Positions 51,901-61,715 of a stretch of DNA of 64,000 nucleotides are shown here, one piece after another. The stretch spans positions 9,708,641 through 9,772,640 of the forward strand of contig CP154954.1 in assembly GCA_039621445.1 (NCBI GenBank). The letters are read 5' to 3'. A program made the translations under genes and the position numbers. Within the stretch, counting starts at the first letter, position 1. Every line of letters starts with the position of its first letter. Source of the stretch: Euglena gracilis. Lineage: Eukaryota. The notes under the pieces were generated by a model. It saw nothing but the letters and a program-made list of their open reading frames with translations. It did not search any database and had not been told where the DNA came from.

Positions 51901-54303
51901 CGGAAGACAGAAATTTTGGCAAAATACCCAATTTTTGCCATAATTTCTTTCTCGTATTTTTTTTGCCGTAGTTTTTGTCTTCCATAATTTTTAGCCACAC
52001 TGTATACACTGTATGCATTGACATCCCCCCCCTTGGATTTGGCCCAGGTGTAATTATCCTTGACTCCGTCATTGAAACCCTCCAGGGTCACCAGGGTGAG
52101 TGTCAGGGCATCTCGTAAGCCGGAGGGACTCAAACCAACTGGGTGGCCCTTCTTTACAACCCTGGACAATTCACTCAACAGCTGTGTAACCTCACCCCCG
52201 GGGGGTGGGTTTTCAAGAGTGAGTGGGTGGGTTGCGGCGCCAGTCCCCATGGGGGGTGCTCCAGGGGTCTGTCTTTGGCCCAGCCGAAGGCTGGGTGGAA
52301 AACTCTTTTCAACGCTTTTCAGCCGATTTCGAGTGATTTTTTGGGTGGCTGGTGAGTGGGTGGGTGGGTTGACCGTCCAGGGGAGGGGAGTGGGTGGATG
52401 GGTGGGTTTTCAGAGAGAAAAAGTGGGTGGGTGGGTAGGTGGGTTTTGGTCCAGGAAAGAGTGCCCCCCCAAAAAAAATCTGTGCCCGGGGCCCTCCACC
52501 GGAGTGAATTTAGCTGTCCAGCTGCCTGAAGAGTGGCTGAACAGAATGCCTTTTTTTTCTTTTGGCTGTGCAAAAGATGGGTCAAAAATTGGTCAAATTT
52601 GGCCGTCTGCCCAGTATCATTTCGGTGAAAAAATGGATTTCCGCATCAATTGTTTTAACAGTTTTTTTTTTGCAGGGTACCAGCCGGAGGTGCCATTTCA
52701 CGCCTGAGGTTCGTCCATCCCCGGCACAGCAGTGGCATGGGGTCACCCCGCGCCACCGTAGCCGCGGCAAGGGCTGGCTGGTACGCGCCCGGCGTTTTCC
52801 TCTCCCCCCTCCTCTTCTTCGAAAACCTGGCGGCACCCCCACCGTTGTTTTCGGATGTCTGCCTGGAAATTCATTTGCTTTTGGCACTGGTCTTCATCCA
52901 GTCTTGTGTTTAATTTTGTCGAAGAAGAAGCACAAGCAGCAAACACAAGGAAAGAGCTTGTCTGGATACCCCCCCCAGTGGCTCTCCGGCCCTTCCCCTA
53001 GCCCCCAACCAGGCCAGCGCAGCCACAGCCCAGTCGGCCGCGTCTCCATGCCTGGGGCGTACCCGGTGACCCGCATGCCCGCATACGACTTGCGACCGCC
53101 GGGTGGCCAATGTTGACTGTTGGCACGTTTGTATTATTTCCTGAGACTCGGGGTTTGCTGAGATTGTTTTTTTTGTAGTTTCTGGGCTACGCCCACAGGA
53201 AGGCGTCAGCTAGCAGCTAAGTTTTCCACCCTTTAAGCAAGGGTTTTTTTTTTTTTTGAACAGTGGAAGAGACCCCCCCTCTGAGGGTTGGTGAAAGTCA
53301 GAAAAAATTTTGTTATGCACAGCCCTTATTCCGCGCCACATGCAAGGGGGGGATAATTTGATGGTGAAAGGGTCGTGAAGCATGTACCTGGCGTCCTGTA
53401 AAGCTTTCCCCCTAGCGACCCTTATTTAGTTTATGGAAACTCCCGCACGCGATAATTTCTGAGATAGAATGCGCTCGGGAGCGTCCCATCCCAGAAATAG
53501 CTTCTTTTGGATGAGATGTCTTTTCGTTTTTTGATATTTCTTTGCGAGTGATCATTTCGATCGTTTAAAAAGAACCCTGGTGGACGAAACCCCTGGGGGG
53601 TTTTCGAGAGTGGGTAGGTGGGTTGGGCAGGGTATGAAGTGAGCGTTGGTTTTGTACAGGGGAGGGGAGGGGGTCCAAGCAGGGGGGGGGGGGGGGGGGG
53701 GTCCAGATCCCTACTCTACCCCCCCCCCCCGGGATACCGTCATGCCCGAGAACCTGTCAGGGTCCCACCCGGGAAATTGTTAGGGTCCCCGGTACCGGCC
53801 AACCTGTCAGTGTAGGAAGTTGTCAGGGTCCCCGGTACCGGCCAACCTGTCAGGTGACAGTTTCCCGGGGGGGGGGGGTAGGTACTCTAACCCTGCTTTC
53901 CCCCTCCAGCCCACCCTCACCCGGGTTTGGAGATGGTCGGGCTTGCTTCCACATTTTTCCCCGTCGACCAACCCCCCCCCCCTTCCTGTTGGCCATCCGG
54001 TGACCGCAGCGGCACAACAGTGCCGGCTGGTGGGACGCCCCCAACCCTCATCCCGCAGGCCGCTTCACAAGCCCACACCGCGCACCGGCTGCTGTTTCGG
54101 TCTCTGGATTTCTGGGCCGGCAGGCGGGTTTAATGCAGTTTGGCACTCTGGCAAATAGGATTGCAAAGTGCTTTCACCCAGAAAGCTTAAAGCATTCTGA
54201 TTTGCTGCCGGCTTTTCTGTGTCCGTGTGCACATGCACCTGTTTGTGCATGTTGGTGTGCGCGTGTATGTGTGTGTGGGTGCGTGAGTGTGGGTGTGGGT
54301 GTG

Positions 54304-54363
<60 letters not shown>

Positions 54364-54826
54364 TGTGTGTATACGGATGCGTGCGTTCTGGCAAAAAAAA
54401 CCTTAGGCCCTTCGGAGGGTGCTGCTTATCCATCTGCATATCCCAAACACGCCACAGTGCCCGGAGGGCGATCCGCTGTGGTACGAGCCGCCACCCGCGA
54501 AATGGGGACCCGCCGCCGGCGGCCCATGGGGCCCGGCGTCGCGGCCGGCGGTGCGGGCGGGCTCCTGGTTCTAACCTTGTCCTATCCTGCCCCTCCTGCC
54601 CCCACCTCGATGCCCGGTGTGCCATCCTGCCCCGTGGTCGGTGAGCGATACGCGTTTCGCCGACAGTACGGCCAGCCGGGGCCGGCCGGTGCGGCAGTGG
54701 GTTCTGCGGTGGCACCGCCCCGCAATCATGGAGTGTGAGTTGTTCAACGCCTTCAACGGGTGGGGGGACAATTGGTTCGTCCCAATGCTGGCTAACCTGC
54801 CAAGTTTAGATTATTTTGTTGACCTG

Positions 54827-54912
<86 letters not shown>

Positions 54913-55545
54913 GCGTGTGCGTGTGCGTGTGCGTGTGTGTGTAGATATATGAGTCATGTCGGGGTTTTGTTAAAGCAAAACCGAGCACAAGGGTCAGTTA
55001 CCATATATGTATATATACATATATATATATAGACATACACGCACACCCCCACACACACATATATATATATATATATATAAACATTATATCTACATATATA
55101 TATATATATATCACATATACCTATATATATATATATATATATATATATGGTAACTGACCCTTGATGACTTTTTTTTTGCATTTTTTTTGTCCCCCGCTCA
55201 ACCCCGCCACCGCTCCCTCCCTCCCCTTCCTCTACCCTCCCACCCTCTAGATGGCCGCTGGCCCCTTCATGAGCAGGGCGGTGGCCGTTGCGGCCCCCCC
55301 CTGCTCGGCTGGCTCTTCTGCCGGCGGTCCTCCTCCAGGGCGTGCTGGTGCACGTCGTGATTCTGCACACTGCATTTGCTTTTCTTGTGTTGTGTATGTG
55401 CTCTTGTGTGCATCCGAAATTGTGTGTGTGTTGGGGTGGATGGGTGCCAGTGTGTGTATTTGTGTGCGCTGTGAGTGTGTGTCTGCATGTGCATGTATTC
55501 TTGTGTGTATTCACATATGCGCGTGTTGTGTGTGTGTGTATTTGA

Positions 55546-55583
<38 letters not shown>

Positions 55584-56880
55584 GTGTGTGTGTGTGTCTT
55601 TGCCTGATCCAGTTGTGTGTTTTTGTTTTGGGCGCAGTTCGATTGGGGCATGTGCTGTTTTAGCTTTGCACTGCTCACCCAGCAACCCTGTCTGTGGGTT
55701 CCTTGGCCCGCCGAGTTTTATGGTTGTGTCCATTTGTAATGTGCAAGTGATTTTTTTTTTTCAGCCAGAGGGGATCCCCACCCCACCAGGGGGTTGTTAG
55801 TAATTTCCGGGATATGGACACAGGGGTAAATTAGCCATATCACATTTTTTTTTGATGAACCACAACCTAACTGGATTCGGGCTTTTCCCACAACGTTTTG
55901 GGTCCAAACTAACGCCAAACCACCCTCTGGACCGTGGGGGGAGTCCAGCCGGCACTTTTTTCCCCAGCCAGCTGGATTACCTCCCTTCTTGAGAAATCCC
56001 TTGGTAATGCGCAGCCGCTCTCACCCACCCCTGCCGCCCCTGTACCGCGTAACCTGTGAGTCCTGTCCACAATCCTCCCACCACTTCCCCAGTGGGCTGA
56101 ACCAGTGCTACCTCCGCCACTGTGACCCAACCAGCCCCCCCCCCCCCAGTCGACTGCAGCTAATCTCAAATTTGGCTTGTGGGAATCGTAGTGGACCCCC
56201 CAGGGGGGTATGCTAGAAGGACCAGCCAATTTTCCCGCTCACCGATGCAAAGTGCCAGAAAACTTTTTGACCTGCCAAAGATGCCCATTTTTTGACATTT
56301 TGGGGGGGGATTTTCCGGGAAAAGAATCTGCCAAAGAATCTCATTCATAGATTTTTATCCTGTTGGAGGGACTCCAGGACAAGGGGGAGGCTGCGTCTCG
56401 TCAGTGGCTTTTTTTCCTGGCCAGCAAAATGCCTAGCAGACCCTTGGGGACCTTAAGCATACCGAGGGAATTGTCGTGCCTTAGGGTTTTCAGGTCCTGT
56501 CTGAGGAACTGCCCGAAATGAGCGACTGGGGCCTGGCTGCTATGCGTCGACACGGTCATCCATGGTCCGTATTTTTTAAACGGAGTTGAGAAGTGGGCGT
56601 TTCCCCAATCTCTCCCCCCCCCTCCTCTGGAAGGCCGCCAAACAATGCCACCACCCAGTTCTCCACTTTTGCAAAAGCCCTCAGGGGGGAGGTTGTGGAC
56701 TTCAGAAATGTCAGCAACCAACAATGATTATTGTGCGCACAGGCGAGGGCTGGGTCTGACCTGGCACAGTATGGGACCAGCTCCTTCCCTTGGAAGCCTG
56801 CCCATCCATGTGAGCCCATCGCTCCCCCCCCCCAACCACCACATCACCGTACGTTCGCTTGATGCCCTCCCAGCGTGATT
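28538..56880 (+). CDS. Further + strand exons (largely Pro/Ser/Arg-rich, with one globular segment at 38.2-41.9 kb); probable continuation of the OTU gene, or one or more additional genes
   Basis: GC3-rich exon-like blocks at ~28538-28680, 29061-29127, 30057-30090, 30265-30327, 31138-31266, 32071-32110, 36357-36438, 36964-37081, 38246-38414 ([38 protein letters not shown]), 41211-41305 ([29 protein letters not shown]), ~41800-41910, 43020-43310, 44260-44480, 46160-46400, 46820-47060, 49390-49560, 50800-51050, 51700-51850, 52980-53110, 54450-54738 and ~56630-56880. Several junctions join in frame through nonconventional introns; gene boundaries are not resolved. Confidence 0.5.
29128..30056 (+). 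other. Nonconventional intron
   Basis: |GCC CGGGCTGGTG ... CACCGGCCCG CCTCC|G; 10-bp stem including one U-G pair; joins [15 protein letters not shown]. Confidence 0.75.
31267..32070 (+). other. Nonconventional intron containing a TA-MITE
   Basis: |GCC CAGGGT ... ACTCTG CTTTC|G; joins [13 protein letters not shown] in frame. Confidence 0.6.
31387..31817. mobile_element. TA-TSD MITE (family C) with internal GGGCAATTG(A/T)C(G/A)CCCCC repeats
   Basis: TA flanks, C-rich/G-rich TIRs with GGCAATTG; homologous to 35102-35583 and 38651-39088. Confidence 0.75.
32288..33760. mobile_element. TIR element flanked by TTAA (Kolobok-like?), with two direct ~42-bp tandem arrays and an internal ORF
   Basis: TTAA at 32284-32287 and 33761-33764; ~45-50-bp TIRs sharing ACGATGTACACCGG..GTGAAAACCGTGTTCA.GTCCACGTG; arrays at ~32350-32545 and ~33400-33660. 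Confidence 0.65.
32734..33372 (-). CDS. Intronless 212-aa ORF inside the TIR element; C-terminal PHD-finger-like motif
   Basis: ORF from MMRLANL...; C-terminus C..CVSC....H..C........W.C..C supplies 7 of 8 PHD ligands; the N-terminal helical part ([14 protein letters not shown]) loosely resembles tyrosine-recombinase core-binding domains. Confidence 0.55.
   Translation of the reverse strand: MMRLANLAEARMPAPPTVKQFVESLQKVKSPSEEVDALFPPPDLVSAKDYRRDRMAALNCFTEYMGVCAAHGVQHATLDDCFLGWARWCIDARVLYATPEQQVACVAARTERAGTDFRVRSIPVLSFRTYLNALVFLYKVSDRDGPPIVASSASQFPKFLAFFAPMVTKTCFPTTSDVARSVPCVSCADTYHFVCADLCRAPKRPWKCPGCL
33779..33877. repeat. Perfect inverted repeat: 48-bp arms, 3-nt loop (TTC)
   Basis: 33779-33826 is the exact reverse complement of 33830-33877. 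Confidence 0.95.
34440..35050. repeat. Compound tetranucleotide microsatellite (GAAG, GAAT, CAAA, TAAA, TACA)
   Basis: Direct reading. Confidence 0.95.
35102..35583. mobile_element. TA-TSD MITE (family C)
   Basis: TA|CCCGCCCCCC..GGGCAATTG ... CAATTGCCGGGG..GCGGG|TA. Confidence 0.85.
35586..35880. mobile_element. Foldback TA-TSD MITE (TGGCAG termini), nearly fully palindromic
   Basis: TA|TGGCAGGTGAGAACTTTAGGACCCC ... GGGGTCCTAAAGTTCTCACCTGCCA|TA; each end is itself a hairpin. Confidence 0.85.
36012..36299. mobile_element. Foldback TA-TSD MITE (TGGCAG termini) with internal CCCTAA/TTAGGG units
   Basis: TA|TGGCAGCCTCCAACTAAAGGGACCCC ... GGGGTCCCTTTAGTTGGAGGCTGCCA|TA; CCTAACCCTAACCCTAA at ~36174-36190; a truncated copy starts at ~35057. 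Confidence 0.85.
36439..36963 (+). other. Nonconventional intron
   Basis: |ATC CAGGG ... CCCTG CCCGT|G, plus GTCGGAA/TTCCGAC pairing; joins [13 protein letters not shown] in frame. Confidence 0.6.
38651..39088. mobile_element. TA-TSD MITE (family C)
   Basis: TA flanks; high similarity to 35102-35583. Confidence 0.85.
39338..39777. mobile_element. hAT-like MITE (family B)
   Basis: CAGGGTTTT / AAACCCCTG; TSD CTCAGACT vs CTCAGAAT (7/8). Confidence 0.8.
42317..42704. mobile_element. Young hAT-like MITE, 388 bp
   Basis: 17-bp TIRs CAGGGTTTGATATAAGG / CCTTATATCGAACCCTG (one mismatch); perfect TSD CTCCGGGG (42309-42316 and 42705-42712); a related end occurs at ~18655. Confidence 0.9.
44505..44720. 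repeat. (ATTA)n/(ATTG)n microsatellite
   Basis: Direct reading. Confidence 0.9.
49579..50680. repeat. Tandem duplication: ~250-bp unique unit plus TATG/CATG/GATG microsatellite tail, two copies (starts 49579 and 50035)
   Basis: ATCGTAA.TGGGCAGTTCGAAAACGTTTGCTGCAGG...TCAATTATGCATGTATGTA occurs twice, 456 bp apart. Confidence 0.9.
53719..53878. mobile_element. Short TA-flanked MITE with CTGTCAGG(G/T) internal repeats
   Basis: TA|CCCCCCCCCCCCGGGA ... TCCCGGGGGGGGGGGG|TA; related GTGACAGTTTCC motifs at ~38060 and ~40815, and reverse-complemented at ~6015. Confidence 0.6.
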
Positions 56881-58335
56881 TCTGTCCCCCTGGACTGGGC
56901 ATAAACCCGGGTGAGGGCAAGGGAGTGGATCACAGAGGTTTTCTCATCTGGATATTCCAGTTTGAGGCAGGCAGATTCGGTATATGGAATACGGAGGGTG
57001 TCCACGGACCCCCAACCACCCAAATGGTGGTGGTCAAGGTTGTGGAATTTCGGGGTCATTTTTTTAGCGGTCAGCTTCTGGGAAACATTTTCCTTTTGCC
57101 TTTTCTCGAAAATTTCGCTATTTTGAAGACTTTCGAGGCTTGTTCGGTGAGATATTGCTCAGTTTGCCAAAAACTGCCTGGTCAGGTTAGAGATAGGATT
57201 AAGGTTGGATGTAATGTTGGGTGCTCAGTCTGGCTTATGCCCCGTCTTCCCCCACCCCTCCTGTCTGCCTGTCTGGCCTCCACTCCTTGTCATCCTCGGC
57301 CTGGTTTCTTGTAACATTTGTCCACTTCCCCCCTTCACATCGGTCTCAGCTATGGCCAGCGTCCTTTCCTTTTTGTGCATGTGGCTTGCCTTCTTGCCTT
57401 GAAAAGCATTCACCCCTGCTTGCACAACATTCTGAGTTAAAAAATGGAGATGGGTAGTATGGGTATGATTGGAGAAGCAGACGGGGAGTCCCACATCGTT
57501 TTTCAAACCAAATTAATCAATATCCCTATCCATGAATGAGGAAGTTGGCAAGAAAACATATTTAAAGCAGACACTCCCTTTCGCTTACCCCAGGAAACCC
57601 GGGGGGGGGTGCCTGCTATGGGGAGCTCAAGTCATCCCTCCCGTGGGGGGGGGTTGGTGAAAAGGAGCCTGGTGCAAGTGGGAATAGGCGCCTTGCCCCT
57701 AAAATCGGGAGTGAATTCCAAAATGCCCCAGACTTCTCCAAAATTTGGATCCAAAGCCTCTTTTATGGGGAGTGAAATGGGGAACCAACGAACAAACATT
57801 CTGATCATGCGTTGCGGGCCTTCGCTTCGGAATGCGGAATTAATTTTATCAAAGCGTCAGCCACCTGGCGAGTAGTGTGCTTAGGACGCGTTTATCAAAG
57901 GAAAACATAAAATTTTGACAGCAGTCTAATATTTCTGCTGGTATTTCTCGCTGGGGAATCGTCCATGATCCGAGCTCCAAAAGTTTCAGAAGAAACTAAC
58001 GGACAGAAGGGCCCATGGATTTTTTTTTTAGCCATGGACCCCCCGGGGGGGGATGGGCCATCTCCCCGGAGGGGGGTGAGCTATGCTTTTCGGCTCCGAA
58101 TGCACCGCAATTTTTGAAACAGGTAGGGGTGGATGGGGGCCCCCCTCCCCGTCCTCAAAAACTCCTTTATCGGCACGACTCATTCCGGCACTGCAACAAA
58201 GTTTGGACCCGGAACGTGGCCCGTCACACGTTGAAATCGGACTCCCACGACACAGGAAGGGGGAGGAAGGGACCAAGAGGGCGAAGCACAAGAAGATGGT
58301 GAGGTCCTGCTTTCCTTGCCGGCTGTTCTGTTCTG

Positions 58336-59451
58336 GTGTGTTTGTGTGTGCGCGGGGGGTGCTTCTTACTGCTTTTTGTTGCCGGAGATGGCTTATTCGT
58401 AATTCTGCCCTTCGAACTCAAGGAGAAAGATTTTCAACTCAACGAGTTCAACAACGTTCACCACATCGACCAATCAATACAGCGGAGGAATAGCAATTCA
58501 GAACATATAGAGAAGCGGAGGAAGAAAATTTTGACTTCCATGAAAGACGCAACATACCTGGTGTCCAGCGGCCCAGCGAAGCACGAAAGAACCGCGGCGA
58601 AGGCTGCAGAAGATATAAAAGATGGAGTCCCAGCAGGCGCCAGAGCAACCAACATGGAACAAGCGGCAGTGCAAGGAATTGCAAGGAAAGAATCTGAGAT
58701 GGAGAAGAGGAGAGGAGCCGCAGGCGCTGGAGACGATGATGGAGCAGCAGCAGAACACCAGTCCGTGGCCATCGCAACCCCCCCACCCCCCACCACATCA
58801 GAGATTTCAAAATCCCCCACTCAACATGAGGATGGCCATGGACCATGGACAACTGTGGTCAGAAAGACAAGAAGACAGAAAGGAAATACCATCACAGGTC
58901 CAACAAACTCCCCCCCTTTTTCTATGTCCCCCCCTTTCAGGGGACAAGGCAAGGGCTATGGCAGCCTTTCAACAAATGTCAAAAATTCAAGGGACATAAG
59001 TCAACATCAAGGCTATGGCAGCCATCATCCAAAAGGACCTGGGGTCCAGAATCAAGGCTATGGCAGCCATCATCCAAAAGGGTCTCGGGTCCAGAATCAA
59101 GGCTATGGCAGCAATCATTTAAGGGGACAGTGGGCCCAGGGGCAAGGCGATGGCAGCCAGTATCCCAGCCTGGACAGATCCCTTTGGGGAAAGGTATGTC
59201 CAACTTTCCCCCCAGCATTTTCAGACACAAACCCCCCAGGAGAAGGCCAATGCCAAAAACAGGCCATGGTGGCCTATATGGGGAATCAAGAGGGCCAGAG
59301 AAGAGACCAGAGAAGTCCCGGAGAGAAGGCCAATGGAGGCCAAATGGCCCTGAAGACAACTGGTGGCCAACACAACCAAGACCATCTACACCACATCAGC
59401 CCTTGTGGGGGAGGCCCAAGATTGGCTCAGACAGGCCCCCCCAGAAGATAA
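58336..59451 (+). CDS. Putative Gag/ORF1 of the DIRS-like element, with QGYGSHHPKG..VQN repeats
   Basis: 371-codon intronless ORF directly upstream of pol; the true start may be an internal ATG (e.g. 58540). Confidence 0.55.
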   Translation: MCLCVRGGCFLLLFVAGDGLFVILPFELKEKDFQLNEFNNVHHIDQSIQRRNSNSEHIEKRRKKILTSMKDATYLVSSGPAKHERTAAKAAEDIKDGVPAGARATNMEQAAVQGIARKESEMEKRRGAAGAGDDDGAAAEHQSVAIATPPPPTTSEISKSPTQHEDGHGPWTTVVRKTRRQKGNTITGPTNSPPFSMSPPFRGQGKGYGSLSTNVKNSRDISQHQGYGSHHPKGPGVQNQGYGSHHPKGSRVQNQGYGSNHLRGQWAQGQGDGSQYPSLDRSLWGKVCPTFPPAFSDTNPPGEGQCQKQAMVAYMGNQEGQRRDQRSPGEKANGGQMALKTTGGQHNQDHLHHISPCGGGPRLAQTGPPRR

Positions 59452-59584
59452 TCAGCCCAGCTTTATATTACCTCCCCACTGCAGACACAGACCTTCCCCC
59501 ATCATTTAGAAACAGGGGGAAAGTCTGCCTTTGGAAAGCCCTATGGGAGGGCCAGCTGCAGCCCCAGTGATGGGGCAGCCAGGG

Positions 59585-60241
59585 CTCCTTTCTCCATTTC
59601 CGTTCCCAGGCTCTCGTGAGCGTCATAAATTTTTGTGGCAGGCTGCTGATGCCGAAGCATGCAGCTTGAAACTGCCAGGTTTCTCCCCCCACCTGCATGC
59701 AAACATATTTTTCTAAGCTGCTGTGCAGCTGCAGATGGAAATAAGCATCTTTCAGGTCGATTTTGCCACAAAACCAATCTTTTCTTAAATATGGGAAGAT
59801 GCTTCCCATGTGCTCCAGTCTGAACTTCTGGGGGGTGAAGTGGAGATTTAACTGTCGACAATCCGAAATTATTCTCTCCTTTGTCTTTCCCCCCTCTTTT
59901 TTTGAAATGATGAAGTAAGGGACAAAATATTTTGCCTCCTCTGGCGGGATTTGCCTGGTTGCCCCTGCACATTCGTATTATCTCAGAATTTTCTGGGCCG
60001 TCATTATTTCTTGGTGGGTTTTGAAGGGAACTTTTAAGGACATTTGAGGGGGGAGGGGAAGATCTGACATAACCCCTCCACTTATCAGGTTTAATACCTC
60101 TGGCTCATGCCTTGACCCAATGGGGAATGCTGGCCTGAAGCGCTTTGTAAGGGGGTACCCCTGGGTGTAATGTGTCTGAGGATTCCACAGGCCCCATCAC
60201 TGGGGTCCTTCCCCCTGGTTGCCCCATAACTGGGGTCATCC
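59585..60241 (-). pseudogene. Inverted reverse-transcriptase segment of copy 1
   Basis: Reads KIDLKDAYFH...FGISSLPQKFM...WRKE on the minus strand; continues as GKVVFFYLDDI on the + strand from 60245. Confidence 0.85.
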
Positions 60242-61460
60242 GAGGGAAAGGTAGTTTTCTTCTACCTAGACGACATTTTTGCTGTTAGCCCCCAGCAAAA
60301 AGACAGCAGCCCAGCATTTGGCAGAAATAAAACAGGCCCTGTTACTGGCAGTTTCAGATTAAACCTCCCCAAATCCTGTCTGGAACCCACACAGGAGATA
60401 AGGCATTTGGGCCAGTGGGTCAATTTGAAAAAAGGCCAGCTGCAAATTCCACAGGAAAAACTAAAATACTTAAGAAAGGAGCTAGGAAAAGTGCTCAGAG
60501 CACAAAAAATGAGCTGCAGAAACTTCAGTTCTATTGTGGGGCAAGTCAGAAGCTATTTAGTCTCAATTCCATTTCTCAGAATTCTGACAGATCAACTTTG
60601 CAAAATGGTGGATTTGCACACAACGTGGGGTTTGGACCACACCCTAACCATTCCCCAGGGATCAAGGATCAAATTGTGGAGTTAAAAGCGTTTTTGCAGG
60701 CAGGTGTGGGCAGAGCTTTTCAATCCCAGGCCTCTCAGGAACTGTTCTCAGACAGCAGCACCTGGCAGTGGGGGGAGCTGGACACAAACTCAGGCCAAAA
60801 AGTGCAGGATTTTTGGAGGGACTTGCACATCCTTCACATCAACCAAAAAGAGTTGATGTCAGCAGTGGAGACAGTAAAAAGTCTGGCCAAACCAAAACAA
60901 ACAATAATGCTTCATGTGGACAGCCAGGTGGCTGTAAGTTATTTAACAAAATGGGGAGGCAGAAAGCCCTACCTAAATTCCATCTTAAAACCCCTGCTGT
61001 ATCATTGTCAGGAAAAGCAAATCAATTTGCAGGTGGTTTGGGTCCCCACAAAAGAGCAATTGGCAGACTGCCTGACCAGAGAGCAAAAGGGTCCAGGGGA
61101 TTATACCCTAAACCTGAACATCTTTCACCAAATTCTTCATTTTTTCAGAAAAGACATCACCCCAGAGGTGGACATGTTTTGCACACCCAACAACAAAAAG
61201 TTCCCCAAGTTTGTTTGTCGATACCCCCACCAAGGGGCTTTGCTGGTGGACGCCTTGAAGGCAGATTTGAGGGTTCCCCCCAGTTTATGCCAACCCTCCC
61301 TGGAGCATCATTCCCCAGTGGGTTCAGAGATTAATGTTAAACCCAGACCTGACTTGTCTGTTGATCGTGCCCCACTGGGCTTCGACATCATGGCGGCGAC
61401 AATTAATGTCAATCAGGCAGCCAGGCAGCAAAGTTTTGTTGGTACCCCCCCAATGAGGTC
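60242..61460 (+). pseudogene. RT C-terminus, RNase H and N6-adenine DNA methyltransferase domain (frameshifted)
   Basis: YLDD; LFSDSS..WG, HINQKEL, HVDSQVA, LADCLTR (DIRS-type RNase H); VDMF and YANPPW (61286-61303, in a shifted frame). Confidence 0.85.
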
Positions 61461-61715
61461 TGTTCACCGGAGGAGATGCCCCCCCAAAGTGGGATTTGGC
61501 CTGCTTGATTGTGTCAGGCAAATTTTACAATCCCAGGAAGTTTCGATGTCCAGTATCGACACTTACATAAAAAATCTGGGAAATGTCAAGAGATTTGACT
61601 CGGCATTCAGGACATTGGTGGGCCAATTTTTGCACAAAGGGGTGCCCCTGCAGGTCTGCACAGTCCACAGGATGGCTGAGGCCATCCTTGATCTCGCTGC
61701 CCACAGCCTCAACAC

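Larger units (their letters stand above)
58241..61715 (+). mobile_element. DIRS/PAT-type tyrosine-recombinase retrotransposon, copy 1 (degenerate; internal inversion; truncated in the YR N-terminus)
   Basis: Order: terminal repeat, Gag-like ORF, RT (partly inverted; YLDD at 60263-60274), RNase H, methyltransferase, start of YR. Confidence 0.85.

Noticed and set aside
51408-52250. 280-aa minus-strand ORF
   Set aside because: No recognisable motif; it spans intronic repeat sequence and the antisense of a + strand exon.
54988-55163. Inverted CAAGGGTCAGTTACCA repeats around a TA tract as an 8-bp-TSD MITE
   Set aside because: No TSD; better explained as two small TA-inserted fragments in opposite orientation.
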